This document shows positions 23,935-24,247 of a stretch of DNA of 24,247 nucleotides, piece by piece. Source of the DNA: a virus (lineage: Duplodnaviria > Caudoviricetes); IMG/VR virus record IMGVR_UViG_3300025103_000157, positions 1 to 24,247 of that record. One strand, given 5' to 3'. The position numbers and the translations under genes were made by a program. The notes under the pieces were generated by a model that was given only the letters and a program-made list of their open reading frames with translations, was not told where the DNA came from and did no database searches. Every line of letters starts with the position of its first letter. The first letter of the stretch is position 1.

Positions 23935-24247
23935 CGTCATAACCCCTACATTGGGTATCATCGGCACCATCCGACCCACCGGTACAATCGTTACAATCGG
24001 AACCCCTGGAATAACCCCCCGACTCGGCACATCCAGCATATCCAGCATCATCGTTACAATCGGTACAACCGGACCTCAGGGTCGGGGGTTCGGGTTGTAG
24101 GGGTTGTATCGATTATCCTGGTTGTGCGGACGGGACCGATTATAGCGGTTCTGAGGGTTGTGCTGATTGTGCGGCAGCTCCCCTTCAGGTACGGGTTATA
24201 ACGGTTGCTCCCCATGCGCCGATTAGGCCGATTATAGCGATTTTACC
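23929..24247. repeat. Inverted array of degenerate 9-bp repeats (consensus ~TACAATCGG / CCGATTRTA)
   Basis: 16 in-phase 9-mer positions 23929-24072, many matching the consensus; spacer; then reverse-complement units from 24091 to the window end. Confidence 0.8.

Noticed and set aside
23905-24201. 98-aa ORF with YNR/HIQ repeats
   Set aside because: Its TTG start is the -35 box and it has no RBS; the peptide pattern is a by-product of the 9-bp DNA repeat and its inversion
23929-24247. Possible CRISPR array
   Set aside because: Units are 9 bp, degenerate, contiguous and inverted, with no repeat-spacer structure
1-24247. Alternative genetic code, tRNAs, integrase or IS elements
   Set aside because: Standard code gives full-length genes and dense tiling; no such elements recognised by eye

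Overview
This window is a ~24 kb segment of a tailed dsDNA phage, probably a siphovirus. Positions 1-18697 form a minus-strand late region. In transcription order it encodes: putative TerS, holin, a Sec-secreted protein, a Tat-exported papain-like Cys protease, a small protein, thioredoxin, a membrane-anchored protein, lambda-GpA-type TerL, a 284-aa + 1614-aa adhesin/fibre-like pair, portal, a small decoration-like protein, head-tail adaptor, scaffold, P22-like major capsid, an XhlA-like membrane protein, head-closure, tail terminator, tail tube and the start of a tail chaperone. From ~18815 a divergent plus-strand region with sigma70-like promoters carries dCMP deaminase, a HicB-like protein and many tightly coupled tiny ORFs (membrane peptides, Zn-ribbons, two HTH proteins). 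The window ends in an inverted array of degenerate 9-bp repeats. Main leads: (1) a protease/thioredoxin cassette where an endolysin is expected; (2) a shared N-terminal (L/I)LASF(D/A)N motif on scaffold and capsid with no prohead protease nearby; (3) a 20-bp palindromic motif upstream of two late operons; (4) the inverted 9-mer array. All family assignments come from motif reading and synteny; no searches were run. A Planctomycete-like host is only an inference.
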